Below, in pieces: positions 1-11,149 of a DNA stretch of 64,000 bases. The stretch covers positions 21,001,485 to 21,065,484 of the forward strand of contig NC_069004.1 of NCBI RefSeq assembly GCF_001194135.2. Reading direction: 5' to 3'. How positions within the stretch are numbered: the stretch's first letter is position 1; every line of letters begins with the position of its first letter. Source of the stretch: Octopus bimaculoides (taxonomy: Eukaryota). Both the position numbers and the translations under genes were made by a program. The notes under the pieces are model-generated. The model did no database searches and was not told the DNA's origin. It saw only the letters and a program-made list of their open reading frames with translations.

Positions 1-539
1 CTATCATAGTGGTTTTACTTCTGAAAAAGGTAATTAACTGACTGCATCTTTATACATGAGTTGTTAGTGGTAGAAATAAGCGATTGTACATAAATTGTGC
101 AAATTGCTCTAATGACCCAATAAGTGTGTCTCTCATATGCTATTTGCTCTGCAAGAAATGGCAACTAAATCTCCCTCAAAAATTGCATTCTATCACAGGA
201 GAGGCCATATTGGATATAGTTATGAAAAGTTCAAGTCAAAATAGATACTAGTGGAATGTCTTTCAACATAGGTCTGCTGGATTAGAGTTAACATGGGATT
301 AAACAACAATAACTACTCCAACAGATAAGCCATTCCATTCATGTACAAAGAAAACAGGCGATAAATCTTCATCTTTGCAGTTTAGTCAATTAGCACATCT
401 GTTTGTTAACTAAGACTGGTAGTTCAAGCCCATCCAGAAATGATAGCTTTAAACTTCTAGGCACAGACATAGCTGTGTGTTTAAGAAGATCACTTTGCAA
501 CCACATGGTTTTGGAGTTCAATCTAAACTTGCTCTTGGG

Positions 540-880
540 CAAATCATCATTATTATCATTTAGCATCTGTTTTCCATGCTGGTATGGGTAAGATGGTGTG
601 ACTGGAACTGATAAGCCAGAGAGCTGCGCTAGACTTCAGCCTGTTTTGGCTTGATTTCTACAACTGGATGGCCTTCCTGATGCCAATCACTCAAAAGAGT
701 GTACTGGGTAGATTTAACATGTCACCAGCATGGATGCTTTTACATGTCACTGGCATGGGTGTCTTTTACATATCACCAATATGGATGCTTTTAGATGTCA
801 TCGGCACAGGTGTCATTTGCATGTCACTGGCACAGGTGCCTTTTATGTGTCACTGGCATGTACTTTACATGTCTTCTACT
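540..880 (-). mobile_element. Degenerate RTE-LINE 3' UTR copy
   Basis: Starts with an (ATC/ATT) tail then ...tttagcatctgttttccatgctggtatggg...ggatggccttcctgatgccaa, matching the RTE 3' UTR seen attached to ORF2 at 24571 and 40378. Confidence 0.7.
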
Positions 881-942
881 ATAGCCCCAGAGCAACCTAT
901 GCTTTGTAACTAAATTTGAGACAGAAACTGAGTGGAAGCCTG

Positions 943-991
<49 letters not shown>

Positions 992-1115
992 TGTGTGTGT
1001 GTGTGTGTGCTAAACAATTAGTGCTTGTTTCTTTACATCTCCATAACTTAGTGGTTCAGTAAAAAACATGAATAAAATAAGTGCCAGATATTAAAAAAAA
1101 CAACCTAAGTATTGG
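880..1115 (+). mobile_element. Partial SINE family A (body + (TG)n + tail)
   Basis: actatagcccc...ggaagcctgttg, then (TG)n at 945-1009, then cataacttagtggttcag; same layout as fuller copies at 39285 and 48100. Confidence 0.55.
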
Positions 1116-1194
1116 TATCTATTCATGTGTCTAAAACTCTTCAATGACAAACAATATATATATATATATATATATATTTTTATATATATCTGTG

Positions 1195-1815
1195 GAATAA
1201 AGTTACAACATGGTCTGGTTTTCATGTTTTTTATTATAGTATTTTAAAAACATTTTTTACAATGTTGAAGTGTGTTTAAACATTAAAAAAATATTTTGTA
1301 ATGTTTATGAAGTTCAATTAGTGCTTTGATACATTTGTTGTAATCATCAGATTTTAAAATGTATTTAACTGACAGCTGAGTTCTTCATAACTGTAGTAAA
1401 ATGACTGACTTCTTCTTTTTTGTACCTTTTACAAGGCTCCAACAGGCTGAATTTTTGGAATACAGTTTTGACTAATCAGTACGTCATGGTTTGCTGGGCA
1501 CACCGATATTATTGGCATAGATCCTGCCCTTATTTTAACCAATTTGCTTGCACTTTACTTGTAATGGTTTTATGAGTGAGCAAACAGTTGGTTTCAATCG
1601 TTTTTATTTCAGTCTGTGGGAATCTTCTGTAATTTGTTTATATTCATATGTTAAAGATATTGTTTAATCCACATCATTAACTGGTTGTTATATTATTGTT
1701 GTTATTTTCATTCAGAAGAGTTTTGAACATTTTAATAAAACGTTTTTCTTTTATCTTTCTTCCAACCTCATTTGTGTCGTGTAGTTTGTGGAAAGGAAAA
1801 ATTAGAAACATTTTC
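1195..1815. repeat. Left arm of ~620-bp inverted repeat (pairs with 3977-4599)
   Basis: gaataaagttacaacatggtctgg...aattagaaacattttc is the diverged reverse complement of gaaaatgtttctaatt...ccagaccatgttgtaactttattc. Confidence 0.9.
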
Positions 1816-3976
1816 GGATCCATATGTTTCTCTATGTTTGCTCAATGGAATTTAGCGAACATTAGTGTTCCCAATTTGCTGTCTGTGGATTTGTGAGCAT
1901 TCTGATAATGCATTCCCTGTCTCGTCAATATATATTTCCTCACAATTAGGGCATTTAATGCAGTAGATCAAATTTCTGCTTTTGTAGTTCATATCTACAT
2001 TTGTGAAAATCTGTCCCTGTTTTGTTCTAATGGATCTATCAGTATGCAAGTATTGACATGTTCCAAACCTGTTATCATTACACTTGTATACTGTGAATGT
2101 TCTATCCTGTTTGATCATATTGAATTTTGCCTTTGTTAATAGTTTCTTTAAGTATGTAGTTGCCTTTTGCTTAAGATATGTGTTTGATTAGTTATAAAGT
2201 TTTTTACTTTTTCACTTTGTTTCATGATTGGCAAATTTGTTTTAATGATGTTAAAAATGTTTTGGTGATGTGGATTGTGTGTTACTAGAAATGGTATTGT
2301 GTTCCGTTGATGGGTCCGTCTTTCTCATGTTGCCCTAAGTTCTTCAATAGGTATCTATTTTGCTCATTGTATGCTATTTTCTGTAAGTAGGAGAGGGTAT
2401 TTTTGCTTGAGCAGAAATCCTTTGAGTTCTATAAGTCGTGTGTTCCTGGTATTTGCATCATCCACTATAGTTCAAAATTTCCTGGCTAGACAGTACAGGA
2501 TGCTGCATTTTGCGAGTGCTGAGTGGCATGATTTGAAATTTAGGGACTGGTGTGTATCTGTGCTTCTGTAATAAATATCAGTTGTGGTTGTGGTGTTGTT
2601 TTTAATTACCATTATGTCAAGAAATGGCAAATGTGTGTTGCTCATTTCTCTCGTAAATTTGAGACTGGGGTGTAACTTGTTGGGGAGGGTGTTGAATTCT
2701 TCCAGATTTTCTAGGGATTTGGTCCAAATTAGGAAACAATCTTCGAGGTATCTTTTCCGTGTGTTTGCTACATGTTTTCTAAAATTCATGCCATAGTTTT
2801 CTTCAATTTTTTTAATATAGATTTTGTTCCAAGTATCCCAATACTGAGCTCGCAAAAGCTGGAGCATATTGTGTCCCCATAGCTGTGCCTCAAATTTGGA
2901 GGTAATTTTTTCCATTGAAAACGAATGTATTGTTTTCGAGGATGAGGCTGAATGTTCGTATATAAATTTGTTAAATCAAAACTAACAATGAAGTGGATTC
3001 AGTTGTTTTCAGCAGATGTGACAGGAAATCAATGTCATCCTGAATGAAACTGGGTATGTCACTTCATAGTGGTTTTAGGATAATGTTTTAGGTTGCTCAG
3101 ACGATGTGTCGGACGGGCTCGACTAGCTATAATGGGTCTTAGGTTAAGGTCTTTTGGTTGTAGTAGTTTTATATATTCACTACCTTGTTCCTTTATAACA
3201 TTTTGTATTTCTTTTGAATTATGTATTTTAGGTACACCATAGAAGTTGCTGGATTTCGACTTAAAATTGGTAATATAGTCCCTTTCATTAGGAGTGAGAG
3301 AGTTATAATGTTTTAAGACTAAATAATCAAGTTTTCTCATGATGCGGTGGTCAATATTTGAGGGTATTTCACGGTAGAATGTTGTAGTTTTCAAAAGATC
3401 TTCAGCTAGAACCCGGTAATATTCCGTATCCATTACAACAATGGCATCCCCTTTATCCGCTTGTTTGATGACAATTGTGTTGTCATTTTTAAGACAAAAG
3501 GGCAGACTTTTCTAGTTTTTAAATGTTTGTTCTGACATTGATGTTATGCCTCAGTGGAAATCTGGAAAGGATATCAATGAATTGATCTAGATGTATATTT
3601 TGTCCTTTTGGCAGGTTAAATTTTGATTTATTTTTCGCCAAGGATTCGTCATTTTCATTAGTTTTATCAATAAAAACTCCACAAGTCATAGTTTCCGACA
3701 AAAGTTCTGGATATCTTCCTCTAATTCCTGATGGTTGACTATAGGTGTAGGTGTGAATTTTAGTCCTTTCATCAATAATTAAAGTTTGTCGCTGTCTATA
3801 TTTCTTTTTGACAGAGTAATAATTTTAGGGTCTATTCTATCAATTGTTTCTTCTTGGACTTTTTCTTCCTCTGGTGTTTGCTGTTCTGACCCTAAAAAAT
3901 AGATTCCTTTTTGTCTATTATTTCTTCTGTTATTAACATCTTTTCTCTGGTGAGCTTTGTATTTTGGTTGTGGTCA

Positions 3977-4599
3977 GAAAATGTTTCTAATTTTTATTCC
4001 ACAAAGTATATGACACAAGTGGGGTTGGAAGAAAAATAAAAGCAAAACGTTTTATTAAAATGCTCACACTTGTTATAAATGGAAATAACAACAATAATAT
4101 AACAACCAGTTAAGGATTAGTGGATTAAAAAATATCTTCAACATATGAATATAAACAAATTACAGAAGACTCCTACCAATTGAAATAAAAACAATCGAAA
4201 CCAACTAAGTTTGCTCATTCATAAAACCATGACATGTAAACCACAAGCTAATTGGTTAAAATAAGGGCAGGATCTATGCCAATAATATCAGTGCGCCAAG
4301 CAAACCATGACATTTAAGCTGCATGCTGATTAGTCAAAATCGTATTCCAAAAATTCAGCTTGTTGGAGTCTTGTAAAAGGTATAAAATGGAAAAAGTCAG
4401 TCATTTTACTACAGTTGTCAAGAACTCAGCTGTCAGTTAAATACATTTTGAAATCTGATTACAACAAACGTATCAAAGCATTAATTGAACTTTATGAGCA
4501 TTACAAAATATTTTTTTAACACACTTCAATATTCTAAAAAATGTTTTTAAAACACAATAATAAAATACATGAAATCCAGACCATGTTGTAACTTTATTC
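3977..4599. repeat. Right arm of ~620-bp inverted repeat (pairs with 1195-1815)
   Basis: Reverse-complement match along its whole length, e.g. ataagggcaggatctatgccaataatatc versus gatattattggcatagatcctgcccttat. Confidence 0.9.
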
Positions 4600-4649
4600 A
4601 TTCAATTTATACATTACTCTATACACATTTACACAAATTTGGAAAATAA

Positions 4650-4710
<61 letters not shown>

Positions 4711-5158
4711 GGAGACAATGAGCACAAAAGAAGGCAGCATGAGAGAGACAAGTTTTAATAAATGTTGTATCAGTTTAATTTATATATGAGTGTGTGTATG
4801 TGTGCATATGTATGTATATACAGTAGTACAAGTTGTTATGTGCGAGTGTGGGTGTTCTGGTGAGAAATTGCAAATAAGTAGGTGTGTCAACAAAAACGTC
4901 TTTTGTGGTATTTATTCCACCCAAGATCCATAGGCACACCCTCTTCACAATGATATTCTATTCTGGTTCATAAATACATAATATGTAAAATATAAAAATA
5001 AAATTCCAGCAGAGTTAAGAATTGAGAATGAACATGAGTGTCACCAAAAAAGAAACAAGGAAGACATGGGAGGAAGTTGCTGAGGTTGGATCTGAGTGTC
5101 AATGTTAGGACCTTAGACAAACTGAAATATAGTATTGAGGATTCATAGAATAATCATA

Positions 5159-5661
5159 ATGTTGATGGTGGTGGTGTAATGATGATTAGGATGATGATGA
5201 TAATGGTGTTGATGGTGATGATAATGGTTTTGATGATGATAGTGGTGATGATGGTAATGGTGGTGATGATGATGACAGTAGTGGTGATGGTAGTGCTGGT
5301 GATGATGAGTAGGAGGAGGAGAGGAAGAAGATCATGAGCACGATGATGACAAGAATCACTGCAACCATGACGATGATAATAATAATGGTGGTGGAAATGG
5401 TGGTGGATATGGTGGTAGTGGTGATGATAACAACAGAAGTGTTTTAACATGGAAACATTCTAAACTGAAGGCAACTAGCTCTACCAAAGTGTGCTTCAAG
5501 GTGTAGCCCTCATGGCCAAATTCTAAACAAGAAGCTTTAATATTCCAGCTAAAACTGTTCTGTTCTGCCACATCAGCAAGAACTGCCAACCTAAATTTCA
5601 ACTGGAGAACTAACTCCACCACCACCACCATCGCCACCACCACCACCACAACAACAACAAC
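5159..5661. repeat. (GAT/GGT)n and (CAC/CAA)n trinucleotide tracts flanking a ~170-bp unique spacer
   Basis: Visible directly; these tracts produce the poly-I/T/H/S ORFs in the ORF track. Confidence 0.9.
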
Positions 5662-6260
5662 GATGTTGAGGATGATGTATTAACTCTACGGCTAACTAAA
5701 TAACTAGATAAAGTATAGGACTGCAGTAAATGTTATCTTATTTTCATTTATGCATTCATTTTATTGCTTTATGTATTTTTTCCCTTAATTCAGAGAAGAA
5801 ACAAAAGGTTAGAGTGAAAATGAGAGAAAGAGAGATGATTGTTCTCTTCACATTCTGTGCATATGCCTTTAAAAACGAAGTGCCAGCTGCAATTACATTG
5901 CATGTATGCATACAAAAGCATATAAGGATGATGTATATACACATGCGTGAGTGCATGAGTGTTTGTACGTATATATGTGTATCTATCTATATATATATAT
6001 ATATATATACTTCATCTTTGTATCTGGTTTGCAAGATTCTTTATGTGAATTCATGTGTTGAAGCAAATTTTGTTTTGTTTGGGGAGAGTGTATTATCTAA
6101 CACACTCACCGGTTTGATTTCCACTTATTTATTATTCATATTTTTCTTCCAAAATTTTCATTGTTTTTGCAACCTTGACAATGGATGTTGGCTCTGTCCA
6201 TTATTGGAGCTGCATTCTTTTTTATCTGTTTGTGTGCATGTGTGTTTATGCATGCACATA

Positions 6261-7134
6261 CTAGGTCTGATCAATAAGTATCCAGGCTGTTGCTATAGTA
6301 ATGAAGCTAAAGCATGCAGAGTAAAGCACACAGATTGACCTTAAACTTTGCTATGCTTGCACACTATGTTTTAACATTCTAGCTCACTTCTGCTATTTAC
6401 AGCAGTGCTTGGAAGGAAGGTGTGCCATGTGTGATCGTTGCATTGACCATGACAAAGAAAGTTGTCATGCTCAGAAGCCAACACAAAGTTGCAGAAAATG
6501 TATGGAGAGGAGTGTATGAGCCACACAAGTGTAGGAGTGGTTCAGATGTTTCCAAGATGGCCGAAAAATGTCAATATTGATTAATGTTCTGGGGGGCCCA
6601 CAACCAGCAGAACTGAGAAAAACATTGCAATGTTTGTGCAGCTGTGAGGGGAAATCATTGAATCACCATTCATGAGTTATCAGAGGATGTGCAAATTAGT
6701 TACACTTCAGTTCAGTCCTTTATTACTGAAGATTTCGATATGAGACATGTATCCGCCAAGTTTGTGCCAAAACTGCTTCAGCTGACCATAAAAACGCTTG
6801 GGTTTCAGTTGCACAAGATCTCCTTGAATGTGTTGAGAATGATGAAAACTTTTTGAAAACTTTACATAGGTCTCTGAGCAGGTATCGCCAAGCTTCTGGC
6901 AAAATTTGATGCAGATTCACTGCGCAGCTTTCTCTGTATTAGTCACTGCAGTGATCACACACTACACACATTCCTTCCAAGAATTGCTGTAAACAGCAGA
7001 AGTGAGCTAGAATGTTAAAACTTAGAGCGCATGCACAGCAGAGTTCAAGGTCAATTTTTGCCAAGCAGCTTTACTCTGCATGCTTTAGCTTCATTACTAT
7101 GGCAACAGTTCGGATACTTATTGATCAGAACATG
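6261..7134 (+). mobile_element. Internally deleted mariner element with ~65-bp TIRs
   Basis: TIR tctgatcaataagtatcc...gcatgcagagtaaag at 6266-6326 matches its reverse complement at 7070-7129; 5' flanking TA; remnant ITEDFDMRHVSAKFVPKLL (WVPHEL-motif variant) around 6723-6780; catalytic DDD half missing. Confidence 0.85.
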
Positions 7135-7194
7135 CATGTGTATGTATGTATGTATGTATATATGTATATATGTATGTATGTATGTATGAATGCA

Positions 7195-7229
<35 letters not shown>

Positions 7230-7626
7230 CATTATTCAGTTTATTTCAAGATTTTTTGCCAATAGAGAAAGAACTGGTTTCTAACCTAGTTCCAAGGCTC
7301 CTTTATTGGAATTTCAACATCAACAACAGGGTATTTTTGTTTGTATGTATGNNNNNNNNNNNNNNNNNNNNNNNNNNNNNNNNNNNNNNNNNNNNNNNNN
7401 NNNNNNNNNNNNNNNNNNNNNNNNNNNNNNNNNNNNNNNNNNNNNNNNNNNNNNNNNNNNNNNNNNNNNNNNNNNNNNNNNNNNNNNNNNNNNNNNNNNN
7501 NNNNNNNNNNNNNNNNNNNNNNNNNNNNNNNNNNNNNNNNNNNNNNNNNNNNNNNNNNNNNNNNNNNNNNNNNNNNNNNNNNNNNNNNNNNNNNNNNNNN
7601 NNNNNNNNNNNNNNNNNNNNNNNNNN

Positions 7627-8192
7627 TTTATTGAGGTCTTCACCGGAACATTTCACCAGTATTTCTTTTTATTATGAGTGGCTATGGCTTCTACCATATT
7701 ATGGGTTCTTATTTCTTTGTTCCCAGGGTTATCCTTCCAATGGATTTCATTAGGGAGTGTCCTAGCTACAATACCATGTCTCATCGGTAGATGATACTGT
7801 GATGACATTTTTGGACAACTGCTTATGATGTGGGTGATATCTTCAGTGTGAACTCCACAAAGTCTGCATCAGTTGTCACATTTTACTGCTTTTCCTGCAT
7901 CTCTATCCCTTTTGTGCATCAGAAACTTGGTTGATATTTCCTGTTCTTCGATTGCAAATGCATACCCTTCAAAGTGGGAGGTTGCAATCCAACTATTGAT
8001 CCATGATAAACTGCTTTGATGATTGATGTTACTATCTAGCTTTCTACTAATATAGCCATGCATAATCTTCTGCTCATATAGGCTCATCCTTTCATCTGAT
8101 GACATGTTACGGCAGAGTCGTGCAGCTACTTTGGACATGTATTCTAGGTTATCAGGCAAAGAGTGTTGCTCAAGGAGAAACACTCCTGGATT
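7627..8192 (-). mobile_element. R4/Dong-like RLE non-LTR retrotransposon, C-terminal fragment
   Basis: Minus strand reads EGYAFAIEEQEISTK...CRLCGVHTEDITHIISSCPKM...MRHGIVAR...YW*NVPVKTSI, i.e. CCHC finger plus RHD-like motif preceding the RLE; cut by an N gap. Confidence 0.75.
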
Positions 8193-8775
8193 TCCTGCAA
8201 AGTGATACCTTTTAGCACCTCTGTCTTTTTTTTGCTTCACCTCTTCCACATCTGCAAAACATTTTCCTTTAAGGACTTTTTCCATTTGCAGGAACAGAAA
8301 AAGTCACAGGGAGCAAGATCAGGTGAATAGGGAGGATGGGCATTTGTGAGATGCAGTGACATGAAAACATCCCAAACTGTGGCAAAGTGGAAAGTGGTGG
8401 TTTCATCACAACAATGTGTCTGTGCACATCGCCTTGAATGTGAAACAGTTTTTGCCAAAAGTGGCATGACCTCGCTTACCCATCCTCCCTATTCACCTGA
8501 TCTTGCTCCCTGTGACTTTTTCTGTTCCTGCAAATGGAAAAAGTCCTTAAAGGAAAACGTTTTGCAGATGTGGAAGAGGTGAAGAAAAAAAAAACGACAG
8601 AGGTGTTAAAAGGCATCACTTTGCAGGACTTCAAGAACTGCTTCGAACTGTGGAAAACATGTTTGGATTGATGCATTGCTTCAAATGGAGAATAATTTGA
8701 AGGCAATGAAAATATAAACATGTAAAATTAAGTGAATGAAATCACATTGCAAAATTCTGCTTTCTTTTGTGCATA
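8193..8775 (+). mobile_element. Mariner 3' half with a local inverted duplication
   Basis: HPPYSPDLAPCDF is present on both strands (8193-8340 minus, 8479-8628 plus); frameshifted C-terminus ...CIASNGE; TIR-like end near 8750-8775. Confidence 0.85.
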
Positions 8776-8934
8776 TGTGTGTGTGTGTATTAGTGTTTAT
8801 CCTCTACCATTGCCTGACAACTGGTGCTACATCTCACAGTTCCACTACCTTTTTCAGTTGAGAGGTCTTTGCCTGGCAAGCTACTTGACAACCCTGCAGG
8901 TGCTTCTGTCATGTATAAAGTACCCATACTTGCA

Positions 8935-9150
8935 TCATGTAAAAAGCACCCATGCTGGTGCTACTTGGAAAGCGCCATTGTTGAAAGAACCCCAGGACAC
9001 TCTGTAAAAGTGGTTGGCATTAGGAAGGGCATCCAGCCTTAGAAACCATGCCAAAACAGACAATTGGAGCCTGGTACAGCTCTCTGATTTGCCAGCTCCA
9101 GTCAAACCATCCAGCCAATACCAGCATGGAAAAGAGATGCAAAATGATGA
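8935..9150. mobile_element. SINE/RTE-tail fragment (ggcattaggaagggcatccagc motif)
   Basis: Shares ctgtaaagtggttggcattaggaagggcatccagc...ccatccaacccatgc(c)agcatgg with the RTE 3' UTR copies in this window. Confidence 0.6.
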
Positions 9151-9259
9151 TGACAATGTCTTGATCTTGCAAACTAAATACAAAAGTGAAATATATATTT
9201 TACATATATATCATATAGATATACATATTAGAGATGATAGACACAGACAGACAAATGGA

Positions 9260-9603
9260 TTCATCATCATCATCATCATTTAACACCCGCTTTCCATGCT
9301 AGCATGGGTTGGACGATTTTACTGGGGACTGGTGAACCAGATGGCTACACCAGACGCCAATCTGATCTGGCAGAGTTTCTACAGCTGGATGCTCTTCCTA
9401 ACGCCAACCACTACGAGAGTATAGTGGGTGCTCTTTACGTGCCACCGGCACAAGGGCCAGTCCGGCGGTACTGGCAACGGCCATGCTCAAATGGTGTTTT
9501 TTACATGCCATCTGCACAGGCGTCAGTCCAATGTTTTGTTCACATGCCACCAGCACAAGTGCCAGTAAGGCGAAGCTGGAAACGATCGCACTCAAATGGT
9601 GCT
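9260..9603 (-). mobile_element. RTE-LINE 3' UTR copy with (GAT)n tail
   Basis: catcatcatcatcatttaacacccgctttccatgctagcatgggttggacg..., near-identical to 24571 and 60240. Confidence 0.85.
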
Positions 9604-10842
9604 TATTAATTATTGGGTCGTGGAACAGACCTTCGTTAAATAAATCACAAACTAATGTAAGTACTCAGGTCCTTACAATTGGCAACAACTCTTGAAGGCG
9701 GTACCTAATGACTGAAACCAGTAAAATAATTAAAAAGATGGTGCCATTTGTTCAGTTGTTATCAATAGCTTAAAATGCTGCCAAAGAAATTCTACTGAGG
9801 GATGGTTCAAGAGACAACACATGAAAAATATGTACTTTTCTTTTAAATCTAGTCAATGGTGGAATGAATAAAAAAAGCAGCAAAGAAAAAAACAAGAGGA
9901 AAGAGAACAACTTAGAAAACAAAATAATTAGAATGTTTTTCAAAGAGCAGTATGAGGCATAACTTGTCTATAAGTTAGCAGCAGCAGCAGCAGCAGCAAG
10001 AAGAACAATAACAACAGTAGCTGCAACAACAAAAGCAACAAAACAAAAATTTCTTGAACAGGATTGTAACTTTAGATACAGAGAAAAACAGTGAATTTTT
10101 GAATTTGTCCCAAGGCCACAAAGATTGAGACAGCGTGGCAATCATGCTTTTCTCAAGAGTATAAGCCAAGTAAGTGAGAAAAGGAATGGCTGTATGGCTA
10201 ACAAATTTTCAATGCAAATGGAAGGATCTAAATTCAATCCTAGAGAGTGACAACTTGGGTGAATAATTCTACCATTGCATTATAGAAACTGAGCAGATGA
10301 TTGTCATCTATATATCATCCTCATCATTATCATTTAGCATCTGTTTTGCATGCAGGTATGGGTTGGACGATTGCATCAGAAAAGAGTACAGTGAACTTGC
10401 CATAAGGAGTGGAAAATCCAACATTTCAGACAATGTCCTTTCTCAGGGAAAAGTTGAGAGGAGAGAAATAAATGAAAGACAGAACCCTTCAGCATTCATA
10501 TTTCTTTGTCAAATGCTTATTTATTCACATTGTTTTGAATTGTTCATGCATTATCTCACTGCTTTGAGATTCTGATGATGTAATAGTATATTTTTTGAAT
10601 GGCTTTGAATGTAGGTGTGAGAGACTAGATCTGGCCAGTTAAAATGTTAATAGATTAAAGTCAAAAGCTTAAAGGATGTAAAACTGTCTTTTTTATTTTC
10701 TCAATTTTATATGCAGATGAAATGCATGCCTTAGAGTTATCACCAAAATTCATTACATATAAGAAGGTCATAAAAGTTGATTGTCTGTCTGTGATGGAAA
10801 AACTACTCTTTAAAAAAATGGAGATTAAGACAATACAACAGC

Positions 10843-11098
10843 AACACAAACATATGAAACCAAAACAACAACAACAATGATAATGACAACAACAACAGTG
10901 ACAATAACAACAATGATAACCACAACACCCACACTGCCACCACCACCACCACCTTCAACACCCACAACAACAACTGTAACAACATCAACAATGAACACAA
11001 CAACACCAGCAACAACAATGCTGGCAACAATAACAACAACAACCACAACAAAGTAACACCAATAGCACCCTCTTCTACAGCACCAACAACAAATCAAA
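10843..11098. repeat. (CAA/CAC)n degenerate trinucleotide tract
   Basis: Visible directly. Confidence 0.9.
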
Positions 11099-11149
11099 CA
11101 ATATGATGAGGTATTAGCCCACAGATTTACCCTTCAACAAAAGGGTATG

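Larger units (their letters stand above)
1195..4599 (-). mobile_element. Penelope-like retroelement (Neptune-like), degenerate RT + GIY-YIG ORF, with inverted pseudo-LTRs
   Basis: Minus-strand fragments: LLMKGLKFTPTP, KQADKGDAIVVMDTEYY, SNFYGVPKIHNSK, LRPIIAS, HPSLKFTREMSNTHLPFLDIMV, and GIY-YIG SRNLIYCIKCPNCEEIYIDETG preceded by the Cys linker KCNDNRFGTC. About 620-bp inverted terminal repeats. Confidence 0.9.

Noticed and set aside
1320-1352. CTGATGA on the minus strand in the pseudo-LTR of the first Penelope-like element
   Set aside because: It is followed by ttacaacaaatgtatc, with no stem II or GAAA, and the other arm lacks the motif. At best an unrecognisable relic.
5441-5612. Minus-strand open stretch LAVLADVAEQNSFSWNIKASCLEFGHEGYTLKHTLVELVAF as a possible exon
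   Set aside because: About 50 open codons in one of six frames is expected by chance; there is no good donor site and I recognise no homology.
10062-10175. Possible plus-strand exon ending at caa|gtaagt
   Set aside because: No acceptor/frame combination avoids stop codons, and there is no supporting partner exon.
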